From Bacillota bacterium (GTDB lineage Bacteria; Bacillota; Clostridia; Lachnospirales; Lachnospiraceae): DNA of 64,000 bases. The DNA is taken from positions 406-64,405 of the forward strand of contig JAEZKA010000072.1 in the NCBI GenBank assembly GCA_023436225.1, read 5' to 3'. Both the position numbers and the translations under genes were made by a program. The notes beneath the pieces are model-generated. The model was given only the letters and a program-made list of their open reading frames with translations. It had not been told where the DNA came from and did no database searches. Every line of letters begins with the position of its first letter. The first letter of the stretch is position 1. Of the stretch, positions 20,145 to 29,799 are shown one piece after another.

Positions 20145-21287
20145 ATGAAAAAAACATTCGGCTATTGTCTGTTTGCACTGGTTTATAATCTGAGTAGATT
20201 GGTTCCGGTGAAAAAGAAGAGAGTTTTCTGCATTATGACCCATGATGAAGGAGAAGGCAGCAATGTTGCAATTGTTGCCCGAGCCTTGAAGAAGTATAAC
20301 CAGGGCTATAGCTTTTCTTATCTGACGAAGAGTGACACCTTAGCAGTGAAAAGTCTGTCGGGAATAAAGACGATGTTGGCTTTTTTCTTCCGGAAGCCAT
20401 TCGAGCTGGCGAGAGCAGAGATCATATTGCTGGACAATATATTTCTCCCCTATGCCTATCTTCGAAGAAGAAAAGGAACAAAGGTAATCCAATTATGGCA
20501 CGGGACAGGAACGATTAAGAAGTTTGGGCAGGATGTGAATACCGGTCACCTAAAGCAATTGGAATACAGAGCTAATGCGAATATCACCCACCTGATCGTG
20601 AATTCTCCTGATATAAAAAAGGTATATTCCAGTGCGTTTGGAGTGAAGGAGGATTGTATTTATCCGATCGGACTTCCTAAGTCAGATGAGCTCCTTCGCA
20701 GAATTAAGAAGGTAGAGGCAGCAGGAAAGAATGCCGATAGAGAATATATCTATAAAAAATATAGTATACCTAATGAGAAGAAGCTGATTCTGTATGCTCC
20801 TACCTTCCGCGATACACAATCAGAGAATCCTAGATTAATCGAGCTGCTTAAAGAATTAAGTGGGCAATTATCCGGAGAATATTATTTTGGTTTAAGGCTG
20901 CATCCTCATATAGCAAATTCTTTTCGAACAGAGGAATTAGGGGAGAATATCTGTCAGTTGTCCTTTGAAAAGGATGTTAACACAGTCTTACTGGCTGCGG
21001 ATATCCTGATTACAGATTATTCCTCTATCATCTATGAATATTGCCTGACCGAACGTCCGATGATTTTCTATGCATACGATTATAATGAATTCTCAGATCA
21101 TGGTAGAGGGTTCTATTATGATTATCAAAGCTTTGTCCCTGGGCCGGTCGCATATACCGGAGAGGATGTTGTTCATATTATCAAGGAGCAAGCATTTGAA
21201 TTGTACCGGATCAAGGAATTTATCCATAAGAATTATATCTACACAGACCGTAACGCAACCGAGAGACTATTTGAGTTGTTGAAATAA
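20145..21287 (+). CDS. CDP-glycerol glycerophosphotransferase family (TagB-like)
   Basis: QLWHGTGTIKKFG, YAPTFRD, LITDYSSI. Confidence 0.85.
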   Translation: MKKTFGYCLFALVYNLSRLVPVKKKRVFCIMTHDEGEGSNVAIVARALKKYNQGYSFSYLTKSDTLAVKSLSGIKTMLAFFFRKPFELARAEIILLDNIFLPYAYLRRRKGTKVIQLWHGTGTIKKFGQDVNTGHLKQLEYRANANITHLIVNSPDIKKVYSSAFGVKEDCIYPIGLPKSDELLRRIKKVEAAGKNADREYIYKKYSIPNEKKLILYAPTFRDTQSENPRLIELLKELSGQLSGEYYFGLRLHPHIANSFRTEELGENICQLSFEKDVNTVLLAADILITDYSSIIYEYCLTERPMIFYAYDYNEFSDHGRGFYYDYQSFVPGPVAYTGEDVVHIIKEQAFELYRIKEFIHKNYIYTDRNATERLFELLK

Positions 21288-21322
21288 ATATTGAGGCTTT
21301 CGCACAAAGTACATTCTAAGAA

Positions 21323-21468
21323 AAAGGTACACACTTCCCTCACACGCAGGTTGACGGACATTTCATTGTTATATACAACTACCGAACACAGGTGTTCATT
21401 CTTGTCATATATAACAACAAACTGTCCGTCAAACAGTGTATTATGGGAAGTATGTACCTTCCTTTTTT
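21323..21468. repeat. Long imperfect inverted repeat between convergent genes
   Basis: AAGGTACACACTTCCC/GGGAAGTATGTACCTT, TTGACGGACA/TGTCCGTCAA and TTGTTATATA/TATATAACAA stems; T-runs on both strands. Confidence 0.8.
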
Positions 21469-21507
21469 GGCTCCTTGTCAAGTCTTGGGGTAGGATTCTT
21501 TGAATCC
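21469..21507 (-). mobile_element. Orphan ISL3-type terminal inverted repeat (element end remnant)
   Basis: GGCTCCTTGTCAAGTCTTGGGGTAGGATTCTTTGAATCC is near-identical to the split ISL3 end at 59408-59420 plus 61993-62018. Confidence 0.75.
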
Positions 21508-21634
21508 TATTACTAAGTTTGGAGCTATTTTTTCTGTTATACGTTGTGATGCAAAAGCAGTTCGATTTTAATGATTATTTTAATTATTATAACTTTTAAA
21601 TTACTGAAAGTATTTGTTCTAATCTATGTATCCC

Positions 21635-22657
21635 TTATTGTGTACGGATCCCTTCTACATAGGAGGAATAATCCTGAACAGTGGAGCTTGGAACATATCC
21701 ATCATCCCCAAACATAAATTGATGCAGTCGAATTACATTATCCTGAGGATTGATCGGAAATACATAGGATACCTTTTTGTAGGTATGAGCATCCTTTTCA
21801 AAGGGGAAGCCGATATTATCTACAATATTATAGGATAACACATCCTTTGCCAGACTCAGGATTTGTGCAGTCGATAAATTGGTATAAACCTGAGGGAACA
21901 TCTCATCAATCATAGAATTAATGGTGGAGATGTCGGAGTGCTTTGCCTTATCGAATATCTTTTGAATAACAATTCGCTGACGTTCGGCACGTTTGAAGTC
22001 GCCTCCCTTGGTATAACGGATACGGGCATAGGCCGTTGCCTGAGTACCGTTTACAAGCTGAGTGCCTGCGGATTTTAGGCCGGGTACATCGGTTTTATTA
22101 ATACGGTTCAGCTCACGAACGTAACCATTCAGATACTTTAATTCACTATCCGTTATATCCAGTTCGATTCCGCCGAGCAGATCAATTGCATTAACGATTG
22201 CGGAGAAGTTCACGGTGACGAATTCCTTTACATCCAGGTCGAAATTAGTATTGATTGTACTGAGTGCTAAGGAATAACCACCTTTAAAGTATGCAGCATT
22301 AATTTTGTTATAGCCTTCTCCGGGGATGTTCACATAGGTGTCACGGTAAATGGATACTAATTTGACATCTTTTGTCTTATTGTTGATGCTTGCGATAACG
22401 ATGGTATCACTATGGGTGCTTTTTTTGAGGGCATTTTCTCTGGAATCTACACCGAACAAAGCAATATTACGATATCCTTCAATCTCAACCTCTTCATTTA
22501 ATTGAATCATGCTGTCTTCGCTGTCATCGAATTGGATCCTGTTCATCTTATCATATAAGTAGATACCTGCAAATATGAAAAGTATGATCATTATTTCCAC
22601 AATAAGTATCCCCAGTAGTTTACTTTTTTTCTTCTTAGGTTTCATTTCTCGAGCCAT
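21635..22657 (-). CDS. LCP (LytR-CpsA-Psr) family polymer ligase
   Basis: N-terminal TM, NIALFGVDSR, SIYRDT, KINAAY, RAERQR. Confidence 0.9.
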   Translation of the reverse strand: MAREMKPKKKKSKLLGILIVEIMIILFIFAGIYLYDKMNRIQFDDSEDSMIQLNEEVEIEGYRNIALFGVDSRENALKKSTHSDTIVIASINNKTKDVKLVSIYRDTYVNIPGEGYNKINAAYFKGGYSLALSTINTNFDLDVKEFVTVNFSAIVNAIDLLGGIELDITDSELKYLNGYVRELNRINKTDVPGLKSAGTQLVNGTQATAYARIRYTKGGDFKRAERQRIVIQKIFDKAKHSDISTINSMIDEMFPQVYTNLSTAQILSLAKDVLSYNIVDNIGFPFEKDAHTYKKVSYVFPINPQDNVIRLHQFMFGDDGYVPSSTVQDYSSYVEGIRTQ

Positions 22658-22692
22658 TTCGTTATAGTCCTTGCCTTTCTGGTTAACCGGCT

Positions 22693-24117
22693 TTAGTAAG
22701 CATTTTTATTAATAAAGCCTTTAAATATTGTCAAAAACATAATTTTAAAATCGAAACCCAGGGTCCAATTTTCAATATAATACAGATCATGATCAATTCG
22801 TTTACGAATAGAGGTATCACCACGGTAGCCGTTAATTTGCGCCCAACCGGTAAGTCCGGGAGACACTTGATGCTTAATCATATAGCGCGGTATTTCTTCC
22901 TTGAACTTATCAACGAAGAAAGGACGCTCGGGTCTGGGACCAACTAAGCTCATATCACCCTTTAAAACATTCCAAAATTGAGGTAGCTCATCTATACTGG
23001 TTTTCCGGATAAACTTACCGATACCAGTCACTCTGGGATCGCTTTTTGTGGTCCAGGCTTTCTTCTCATCCTTTTCGGATTGAAGTGCCATAGAACGGAA
23101 TTTATACATCTTAAATTCTTTGTTGTGCTTTCCTATGCGAACCTGTGAGAATATTACTGGTCCGGGCGAGGTTATCTTTATAATCAGTGCCACGATAATC
23201 ATCGGTATCAGGAATATAATTAAAGCAAAAGCAGAGCCGAAGATATCCACGATTCGCTTAACAATTCGGTTGTAGGTATTACTGAGAGGAACATTTCTTA
23301 TATTAATAACTGGTAAGCCATACAGATCCTCAGTATAAGGTGTTGTAGGAATAAAGCTGTAATAATCAGGGACGAACTTGGTATGGACACCGGATTTCTC
23401 ACAGATCGCTACAATATTCTCAAGTTTCTCATATTCGTTAACACTTAAGGTAATTGCGATCTCGTCCAGAGTCATTTTCGTAAGGAAGGACTCTAGGTGA
23501 GTGATGCTTCCAATGACCGGAACCTTCTTATACATCGTTCCTACCTCAATATTATCGTCCAGGATACCATGAATATAGTAACCCCACTGCGGATTAGCAA
23601 ATATACGATCAATGTATGCCTCAGCAGCTTGTCCATATCCAACCAGAATAACATGCTTGAGATTGAAGCCCTTGCGTCTGGCGACACGTAAGGTTTGAGC
23701 CAAAATCATTCTCGCTATTATACTAAGAAGAATATTGATGCAATAGAAGAGACCTAAAAAGTATCGGGATATATTGAATTCCCATGTGAGGTATAGGAAG
23801 GAGAAGAAGAAGGCAATTCCAAAGGTATTGGCCAATATGATATTAAATACCTCAATCCATCTGCGCTTCCCTCTCTTGGGAGTATATAAGTGAGCAAAGT
23901 AATAGATAAACAAGTATAGCGGAACAATAAAGATTAACCGCGAGGCATAAACATCAATGTTATAGAAGGTACCCCGTTCTACTCGGAGAAACCGGAATAA
24001 CTTAGTCAGAGGGCTATAAAAACGCAGATAATATGTGAGCAGGTATGAAATTACTATAATACAAGCATCCATGAGAACATGAATTCTATTGAGCATCTTT
24101 TGATTATCTTTAATCAT
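22693..24117 (-). CDS. Undecaprenyl-phosphate glucose phosphotransferase (WcaJ/CpsE-like)
   Basis: KFRSM, DELPQFWNVLKGDMSLVGPRPE, PGLTGWAQ, DLYYIENW. Confidence 0.9.
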   Translation of the reverse strand: MIKDNQKMLNRIHVLMDACIIVISYLLTYYLRFYSPLTKLFRFLRVERGTFYNIDVYASRLIFIVPLYLFIYYFAHLYTPKRGKRRWIEVFNIILANTFGIAFFFSFLYLTWEFNISRYFLGLFYCINILLSIIARMILAQTLRVARRKGFNLKHVILVGYGQAAEAYIDRIFANPQWGYYIHGILDDNIEVGTMYKKVPVIGSITHLESFLTKMTLDEIAITLSVNEYEKLENIVAICEKSGVHTKFVPDYYSFIPTTPYTEDLYGLPVINIRNVPLSNTYNRIVKRIVDIFGSAFALIIFLIPMIIVALIIKITSPGPVIFSQVRIGKHNKEFKMYKFRSMALQSEKDEKKAWTTKSDPRVTGIGKFIRKTSIDELPQFWNVLKGDMSLVGPRPERPFFVDKFKEEIPRYMIKHQVSPGLTGWAQINGYRGDTSIRKRIDHDLYYIENWTLGFDFKIMFLTIFKGFINKNAY

Positions 24118-24360
24118 CCAAGCACCTACTTTGTAATTTTACTTTTGAATAACTTCTCTAATATAATACATGATTGTACTGAATTCAACAAGAAATATTT
24201 TCTTAAGAATGTTTTAAGTTGGGTAGTTAACTTTTGAGATTATATTACATTTAATTCACAATCTAAACACAAACTAATGCTATAATATAGAATATAATCA
24301 GATAAGGTACCGGACACTTTAGGTAGCTATGTATATCGTTGAACAGAAAGGAGAATTCAT

Positions 24361-25959
24361 ATGTCAGAATATGACAACAATAATCAAAGTGTAGATGATA
24401 ATCACAATATAAATAATAATCCAATACCAAATAATAAAATCCCCGAGTATAACTTCTGGGCGGAGAATGTACCCGGTGGTGCAAAGGTAAATGATACAAA
24501 CCAATATTCATCCAATAATTCGGGTGGAGCGAATCCCTCCTCCAGTTATACTTACTCCAATCCTTCCTATTCGAATCAATCCAATCCGAATAGCTATAAT
24601 CCGTATGACTCCAGCCAGTATAACTCAAATCCGAATGGACCTAATCCGAATTATTCATACTCAAATTACAATCCGAATGCAAATTCCTGGAATTATGGGG
24701 ATAACCAAAGTAATATATCAGGAAGTAAACCAAAGAAGGAGCATAAGCCCATGAACAGAGGTGTAAAGTTCATGATAAAAGCAGTTTGCTTTGGAGTGAT
24801 TGCGGGACTGAGTTTTGTTGGCTTTGGGCAGCTTTATTACCTGATTAATCCTGAGGCAGCGTCCAGCAAGCTCATAAGTCAACTCAGTCAGGATGAACTG
24901 ACAGAGGCGAAATACGAGATAGGCTACACCTCCGGGGGAGATATCAAACGGGAGGACAGATCTACAATCAGTCAGATCGTCGATCAGACCATGCCCTCTA
25001 TCGTATCCATCAATAGTACCGTAACCCAGACGACCAATTGGTTTGGGCAGCCCTATAGTCAAGAAGTAGAGGGAAGCGGTTCCGGTTTTATCGTTGGTAA
25101 AAATGAGAAAGAGCTTTTGATTGCAACCAATAACCATGTGGTAGAAGGAACGGATAAAATAAAGGTAACCTTTATTGATGGAAACCAAGCAGATGCTGTT
25201 ATCAAAGGAACCGATGCGAAGGCGGATCTTGCTGTGGTTTGTGTTGATATCGCAACGATGGAAAAGTCAACACTCGATGCAATTGAAGTTGCAAAATTGG
25301 GTAATTCCGATCAGGTTAAGGTAGGGCAGATGTCAGTCGCAATCGGTAATGCTTTAGGATATGGACAATCGGTAACAGTAGGCTATATCAGTGCAAAGGA
25401 CCGTGAGGTAGAAATATCGGATGGTTATACATCAAATAAAATGATTTTACTTCAAACCGATGCGGCAATTAATCCGGGTAACAGTGGCGGTGCTCTGCTC
25501 AACGTGAACGGCGAGGTAATTGCAATTAATACTGTAAAATATGCTTCAAACGAAGTGGAAGGCATGGGATATGCCATTCCGATCTCCAGAGCGATACCGA
25601 TTATTAATGAGCTGATGAGCCGTGAAATTCTTTCAGAGGAGGAGCAGGGGTACTTGGGTATTGTAGGAAATGCAGTAACTGAGGATGTAGCTTCTTATTA
25701 TAATATGCCAATTGGTGTATTCGTAAATGAATTATCTAAAGGCGGATCTGCTGAGAAAGCCGGTATCTTACCCGGTGATATTATCACAAAGGCAGATAAG
25801 ATTGAGATAACATCGATCACCCAGCTTCGTGATTACGTAAACAGTAAGAGGATCGGTACGCAAGTAACGATAACTTATATGCGTAAATCAGCCAGCGAGT
25901 ATAAAGAAGGTCAGGTAACTGTCACCTTAGGAAAAAATCCTAATAACACAGCAGAGTAG
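24361..25959 (+). CDS. htrA: HtrA-family serine protease with PDZ domain
   Basis: TNNHVV, QTDAAINPGNSGGAL, C-terminal PDZ; single TM after a low-complexity N-terminus. Confidence 0.9.
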   Translation: MSEYDNNNQSVDDNHNINNNPIPNNKIPEYNFWAENVPGGAKVNDTNQYSSNNSGGANPSSSYTYSNPSYSNQSNPNSYNPYDSSQYNSNPNGPNPNYSYSNYNPNANSWNYGDNQSNISGSKPKKEHKPMNRGVKFMIKAVCFGVIAGLSFVGFGQLYYLINPEAASSKLISQLSQDELTEAKYEIGYTSGGDIKREDRSTISQIVDQTMPSIVSINSTVTQTTNWFGQPYSQEVEGSGSGFIVGKNEKELLIATNNHVVEGTDKIKVTFIDGNQADAVIKGTDAKADLAVVCVDIATMEKSTLDAIEVAKLGNSDQVKVGQMSVAIGNALGYGQSVTVGYISAKDREVEISDGYTSNKMILLQTDAAINPGNSGGALLNVNGEVIAINTVKYASNEVEGMGYAIPISRAIPIINELMSREILSEEEQGYLGIVGNAVTEDVASYYNMPIGVFVNELSKGGSAEKAGILPGDIITKADKIEITSITQLRDYVNSKRIGTQVTITYMRKSASEYKEGQVTVTLGKNPNNTAE

Positions 25960-25987
25960 AAGGTAAGATTGTCTTTAAGTTAACGGT

Positions 25988-26020
25988 AGGGAATGCCAAG
26001 AAATTGTGCATTCCCTTTTT
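25988..26020 (+). terminator. Intrinsic terminator after htrA
   Basis: AGGGAATGC..GCATTCCCT followed by a T-run. Confidence 0.75.
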
Positions 26021-26217
26021 AGGTTTAATGATAGCTACTCTTAACATTTAAGCAAATATTAATAAATCCTTTAATATTACGCTATTGTGTGATAATGTCT
26101 GATAGGCTATAATATTGTAATAATAAGGAGAGTAGATATATCAGCAGACTAGTAGAAGCTTGTCCTGTATACTTCTCCCTTTGTGTTAACTGTTAAACAT
26201 AAAAAATGGAGGATATT

Positions 26218-27648
26218 ATGAGTAAAGATAATATTAATATAGACGGTAAAGAGGATTCGGTAGATAAAGATAATAAGGGGCACCATGACGATCATAACGA
26301 TTACGAGGAGATCTGTTATTTGTGTAGAAGGCCGGAGAGTAAGGTCGGGAAGATGATTCATATTCCGAATCAAATCAGTATCTGCTCCGATTGCATGCAG
26401 AAGACCTTTGATACAATTAATAAGACAGACAATCCATACCTACAGATGATGAACATTAATCCAAGTATGCTTAATCTTTCGGGCATACAAAATGAAATAC
26501 CAAATACACAAAAGTTAAAGAAGAAAAAGCCGGAGGAAGAAAAGGAACAACAGAAATTTGACCGTAGCAGTATTCCCTCCCCACACGTTATTAAGGCCAG
26601 TCTGGATGAGTTTATCATTGGTCAGGAGCGTGCGAAGAAAGTAATATCGGTAGGTGTATATAACCATTATAAGAGAATTGGTGATCAGATGGAGCCAGAG
26701 GTTGAGATTGAGAAATCTAATATGCTGATGATAGGACCCACCGGTAGCGGAAAAACCTATCTGGTTAAGACCTTAGCCAAGCTCCTGAATGTGCCCTTAG
26801 CAATAACTGATGCTACTTCTCTGACGGAGGCAGGCTATATTGGCGATGATGTGGAAAGTGTTATCTCCAAGCTCTTACAGGCGGCAGGTAATGATGTAGA
26901 GAAAGCTGAGCGTGGGATTGTATTTATTGATGAGATCGATAAGATAGCGAAGAAGAGAAATACAAACAGCCGTGATGTCAGCGGCGAGTCTGTGCAACAG
27001 GGATTACTGAAGCTTTTGGAGGGCAGTAATGTTGAGGTACCGGTCGGAGCATCCTCTAAGAATGCGATGGTGCCTTTGACTACAGTAAATACACAGAATA
27101 TTTTATTTATTTGCGGTGGAGCCTTCCCGGATCTTGATAAGATTGTAAAGACAAGATTGAATAAACAATCCTCAATCGGTTTTCAAGCTGATCTTAAGGA
27201 TAAATATGATGAGGAGCCGAATATCTTACAGAAGGCGAATTTGGATGATCTCAGAGAGTATGGTATGATACCGGAATTCTTAGGAAGACTTCCTATTATG
27301 TTCTCTTTGGAGGGATTAACCAAGGAGATGCTGGTGCAGGTACTGAAGGAACCAAAAAATGCCATTCTAAAGCAATATCAAAAGCTACTGGCAATGGATG
27401 AGGTGGATCTGCTGTTTGCTCCGGATGCACTGGACGCGATTGCAGAGAAAGCATTAGAGAAGAAGACCGGGGCGAGAGCACTACGTGCAATATTGGAGGA
27501 CCTTATGCTGGATATTATGTATGAGATACCAAAGGACGATAATATTGGTAGAGTAACCATTACCAGAGATTATATTGAAGGCAAAGGGGTACCGATGATT
27601 GAGATGCGAGGTGTGGGTAAGCAGAAGCTGATTGCTTCCGGTAATTAA
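26218..27648 (+). CDS. clpX: ATP-dependent Clp protease ATP-binding subunit ClpX (likely paralog)
   Basis: C4 zinc finger, GPTGSGKT, DEIDK, RDVSGE, IGF loop, TGARALR. Confidence 0.9.
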   Translation: MSKDNINIDGKEDSVDKDNKGHHDDHNDYEEICYLCRRPESKVGKMIHIPNQISICSDCMQKTFDTINKTDNPYLQMMNINPSMLNLSGIQNEIPNTQKLKKKKPEEEKEQQKFDRSSIPSPHVIKASLDEFIIGQERAKKVISVGVYNHYKRIGDQMEPEVEIEKSNMLMIGPTGSGKTYLVKTLAKLLNVPLAITDATSLTEAGYIGDDVESVISKLLQAAGNDVEKAERGIVFIDEIDKIAKKRNTNSRDVSGESVQQGLLKLLEGSNVEVPVGASSKNAMVPLTTVNTQNILFICGGAFPDLDKIVKTRLNKQSSIGFQADLKDKYDEEPNILQKANLDDLREYGMIPEFLGRLPIMFSLEGLTKEMLVQVLKEPKNAILKQYQKLLAMDEVDLLFAPDALDAIAEKALEKKTGARALRAILEDLMLDIMYEIPKDDNIGRVTITRDYIEGKGVPMIEMRGVGKQKLIASGN

Positions 27649-27719
27649 TGCTTCCCAAAGCTAAGAATAAAATATTAGTAGTGCAAGTATGGAAACGGAA
27701 CATAGATAGGGGATAGCTT

Positions 27720-28019
27720 ATGTCATTATTTGGTGGCTTTTTTAATAGGAAGAAACAGAATAAAGAGCACGAGAAGGAAAAGTCGGTAAAAGAGATCTTT
27801 GAAGAGGAAGAAGAGTTGTTGGAGGATACTGCTTTTGAGGAGGATACCCAAACAGAACAAGAAGCTGATCCAGACGATGACGAGGAGGAAGACCCTAATA
27901 TAGAGTATGAGGTTGTTGAGAGAGAAATTCTCCCTGCAAAAATCATATGTCCCGACTGCGGCGGTATTACCTTAGAGGGCTTGGATTTTTGCGATAAATG
28001 TGGAGGAGAGCTAGGCTAG
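27720..28019 (+). CDS. Small acidic protein with C-terminal zinc ribbon
   Basis: Glu/Asp-rich middle; CPDCG..CDKCG; GGGG RBS and downstream terminator. Confidence 0.75.
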   Translation: MSLFGGFFNRKKQNKEHEKEKSVKEIFEEEEELLEDTAFEEDTQTEQEADPDDDEEEDPNIEYEVVEREILPAKIICPDCGGITLEGLDFCDKCGGELG

Positions 28020-28033
28020 AAGGAACGATTGGG

Positions 28034-28077
28034 AATGTTGATGGGACTTAGTGATAAGTCGTATCAACATTTTTTTT
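28034..28077 (+). terminator. Intrinsic terminator
   Basis: AATGTTGAT..ATCAACATT followed by a T-run. Confidence 0.7.
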
Positions 28078-28140
28078 ACCCAAATACATCCATACTTTAA
28101 TGCGTTAGTAAATTAGACTTTAACGCATTAAAAGATTATA

Positions 28141-28169
28141 TTGACAAATCGTTTTTTCGAGGTTATTAT
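28141..28169 (+). promoter_or_regulatory. Sigma-A promoter of the liv operon
   Basis: TTGACA-17 bp-TATTAT. Confidence 0.7.
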
Positions 28170-28279
28170 ATAACCTAAGATAAAGACGTTCGCATATGAA
28201 AGACATTTGTCTTAGTCACCACGAACGCCTTATTGTTCTTCACAAGCGTTGTAAGAAATACTAAACAGGAGGTCAATTT

Positions 28280-29434
28280 ATGAGAAAAATGAAGAGAGTT
28301 TTGAGCCTACTTATTGTAATGAGTATGGCAGTAGCAAGCCTTGCAGCTTGCGGTAGTGCAACTAAGGACGATAAATTCTATATCGGCGGTATCGGACCTG
28401 TAACCGGTGGCGCAGCAGTTTATGGTTTAAATGTAAAGAATGCGGCTGAATTGGCTGTTGATGAGATTAATAAAGCCGGCGGCATCAATGGTAAACAGAT
28501 TGCTTTTAAATTTGAGGATGATGAGCATGATGCAGAGAAGTCTGTAAATGCGTACAACACCTTAAAGGACTGGGGTATGAAGATCCTTATGGGAACAGTA
28601 ACCTCCACTCCTTGCAAGGCTGTTGCGGCAGAGACATTTAATGATAATATGTTTGAGTTAACCCCCTCAGCTTCTTCTGTAGACGTTATTGCAAACGGCA
28701 ATGTATTCCAGGTTTGTTTTACCGATCCTAATCAAGGTATTGCATCTGCCCAGTACATAGGTAGCAAGGGCATTGCAACAAAGGTAGCGGTAATTTATGA
28801 TAGCTCCGATGTGTATTCCTCTGGTATCTATGAGAAGTTTACACAGGAAGCAGCAAATCAGAACTTTGAAATCGTGGCTGCTGAAGCGTTTACCGCAGAC
28901 AGCAAATCGGACTTCTCAGTACAGATCCAGAAAGCAAAGGATGCTGGTGCAGAGCTTGTATTCCTCCCCATTTATTATTCAGAAGCTACCTTGATTTTAA
29001 CTCAGGCTGCATCTCTTGGATATGAACCGATCTTCTTCGGATGTGATGGTCTTGACGGTATCCTTGGTGTAGAAAACTTTGACACATCCTTAGCGGAAGA
29101 CGTTATGTTGTTAACACCTTTTGCAGCAGATGCTACGGATGATGCAACGGTAAAATTCGTTACCGCATACAAAGATAAATACGGTGAGACACCAAATCAG
29201 TTCGCAGCTGATGCTTATGATGCAATCTATATCATTAAGAAAGCAATTGAAGAAGCCAATGTAACACCGGATATGAGTGTATCTGATATGTGTGATGCAC
29301 TTAAGGGAGTAATGCCAAAGATTACTGTGGATGGTCTTACCGGCGCAGGGATGACTTGGGAAGCTACAGGTGAAGTTAATAAAGCGCCTAGAGCGGTTGT
29401 AATCAAGAACAGTACTTATGTATCGGTAGAATAG
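28280..29434 (+). CDS. Branched-chain amino acid ABC transporter substrate-binding lipoprotein (LivJ/K-like)
   Basis: LAAC lipobox, GPVTGGAAVYG, AADAYDA. Confidence 0.9.
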   Translation: MRKMKRVLSLLIVMSMAVASLAACGSATKDDKFYIGGIGPVTGGAAVYGLNVKNAAELAVDEINKAGGINGKQIAFKFEDDEHDAEKSVNAYNTLKDWGMKILMGTVTSTPCKAVAAETFNDNMFELTPSASSVDVIANGNVFQVCFTDPNQGIASAQYIGSKGIATKVAVIYDSSDVYSSGIYEKFTQEAANQNFEIVAAEAFTADSKSDFSVQIQKAKDAGAELVFLPIYYSEATLILTQAASLGYEPIFFGCDGLDGILGVENFDTSLAEDVMLLTPFAADATDDATVKFVTAYKDKYGETPNQFAADAYDAIYIIKKAIEEANVTPDMSVSDMCDALKGVMPKITVDGLTGAGMTWEATGEVNKAPRAVVIKNSTYVSVE

Positions 29435-29512
29435 CATTGGAAAATATTACATTGATAATCAATGTAAAATATTCTATAAGTATGAGAAAGATATGATGTA
29501 GGTGTATAATAG

Positions 29513-29546
29513 ATACAGAGGGACGAACTACAGTGTCCCTCTGTAT
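29513..29546 (+). terminator. Intra-operon hairpin after the binding-protein gene
   Basis: ATACAGAGGGAC..GTCCCTCTGTAT 12-bp stem. Confidence 0.6.
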
Positions 29547-29799
29547 ATTTAATTCATGACAATAGAAAGATTTTGAAGCATTCTTTCATCGTACATGATA
29601 TATAAAGAATGCGAGGCGTACTTTATTATATTCATAGATTATGATATGGGTTTGTTAGTAATTCAAAGATAAGTAAGCGGCATAAGAACTGTCTCTCTGG
29701 TTCCGGTTGTTGTAAAAGCAAGCATTCTATGGTAATATAGTAAAGAAATAGTAACAAATGAACTAAATTTTGTGCATAAACATGCAGACGGGGGTATTT

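Noticed and set aside
21239..21503. Two overlapping opposite-strand ORFs
   Set aside because: By-products of the long inverted repeat; no RBS or protein-like features
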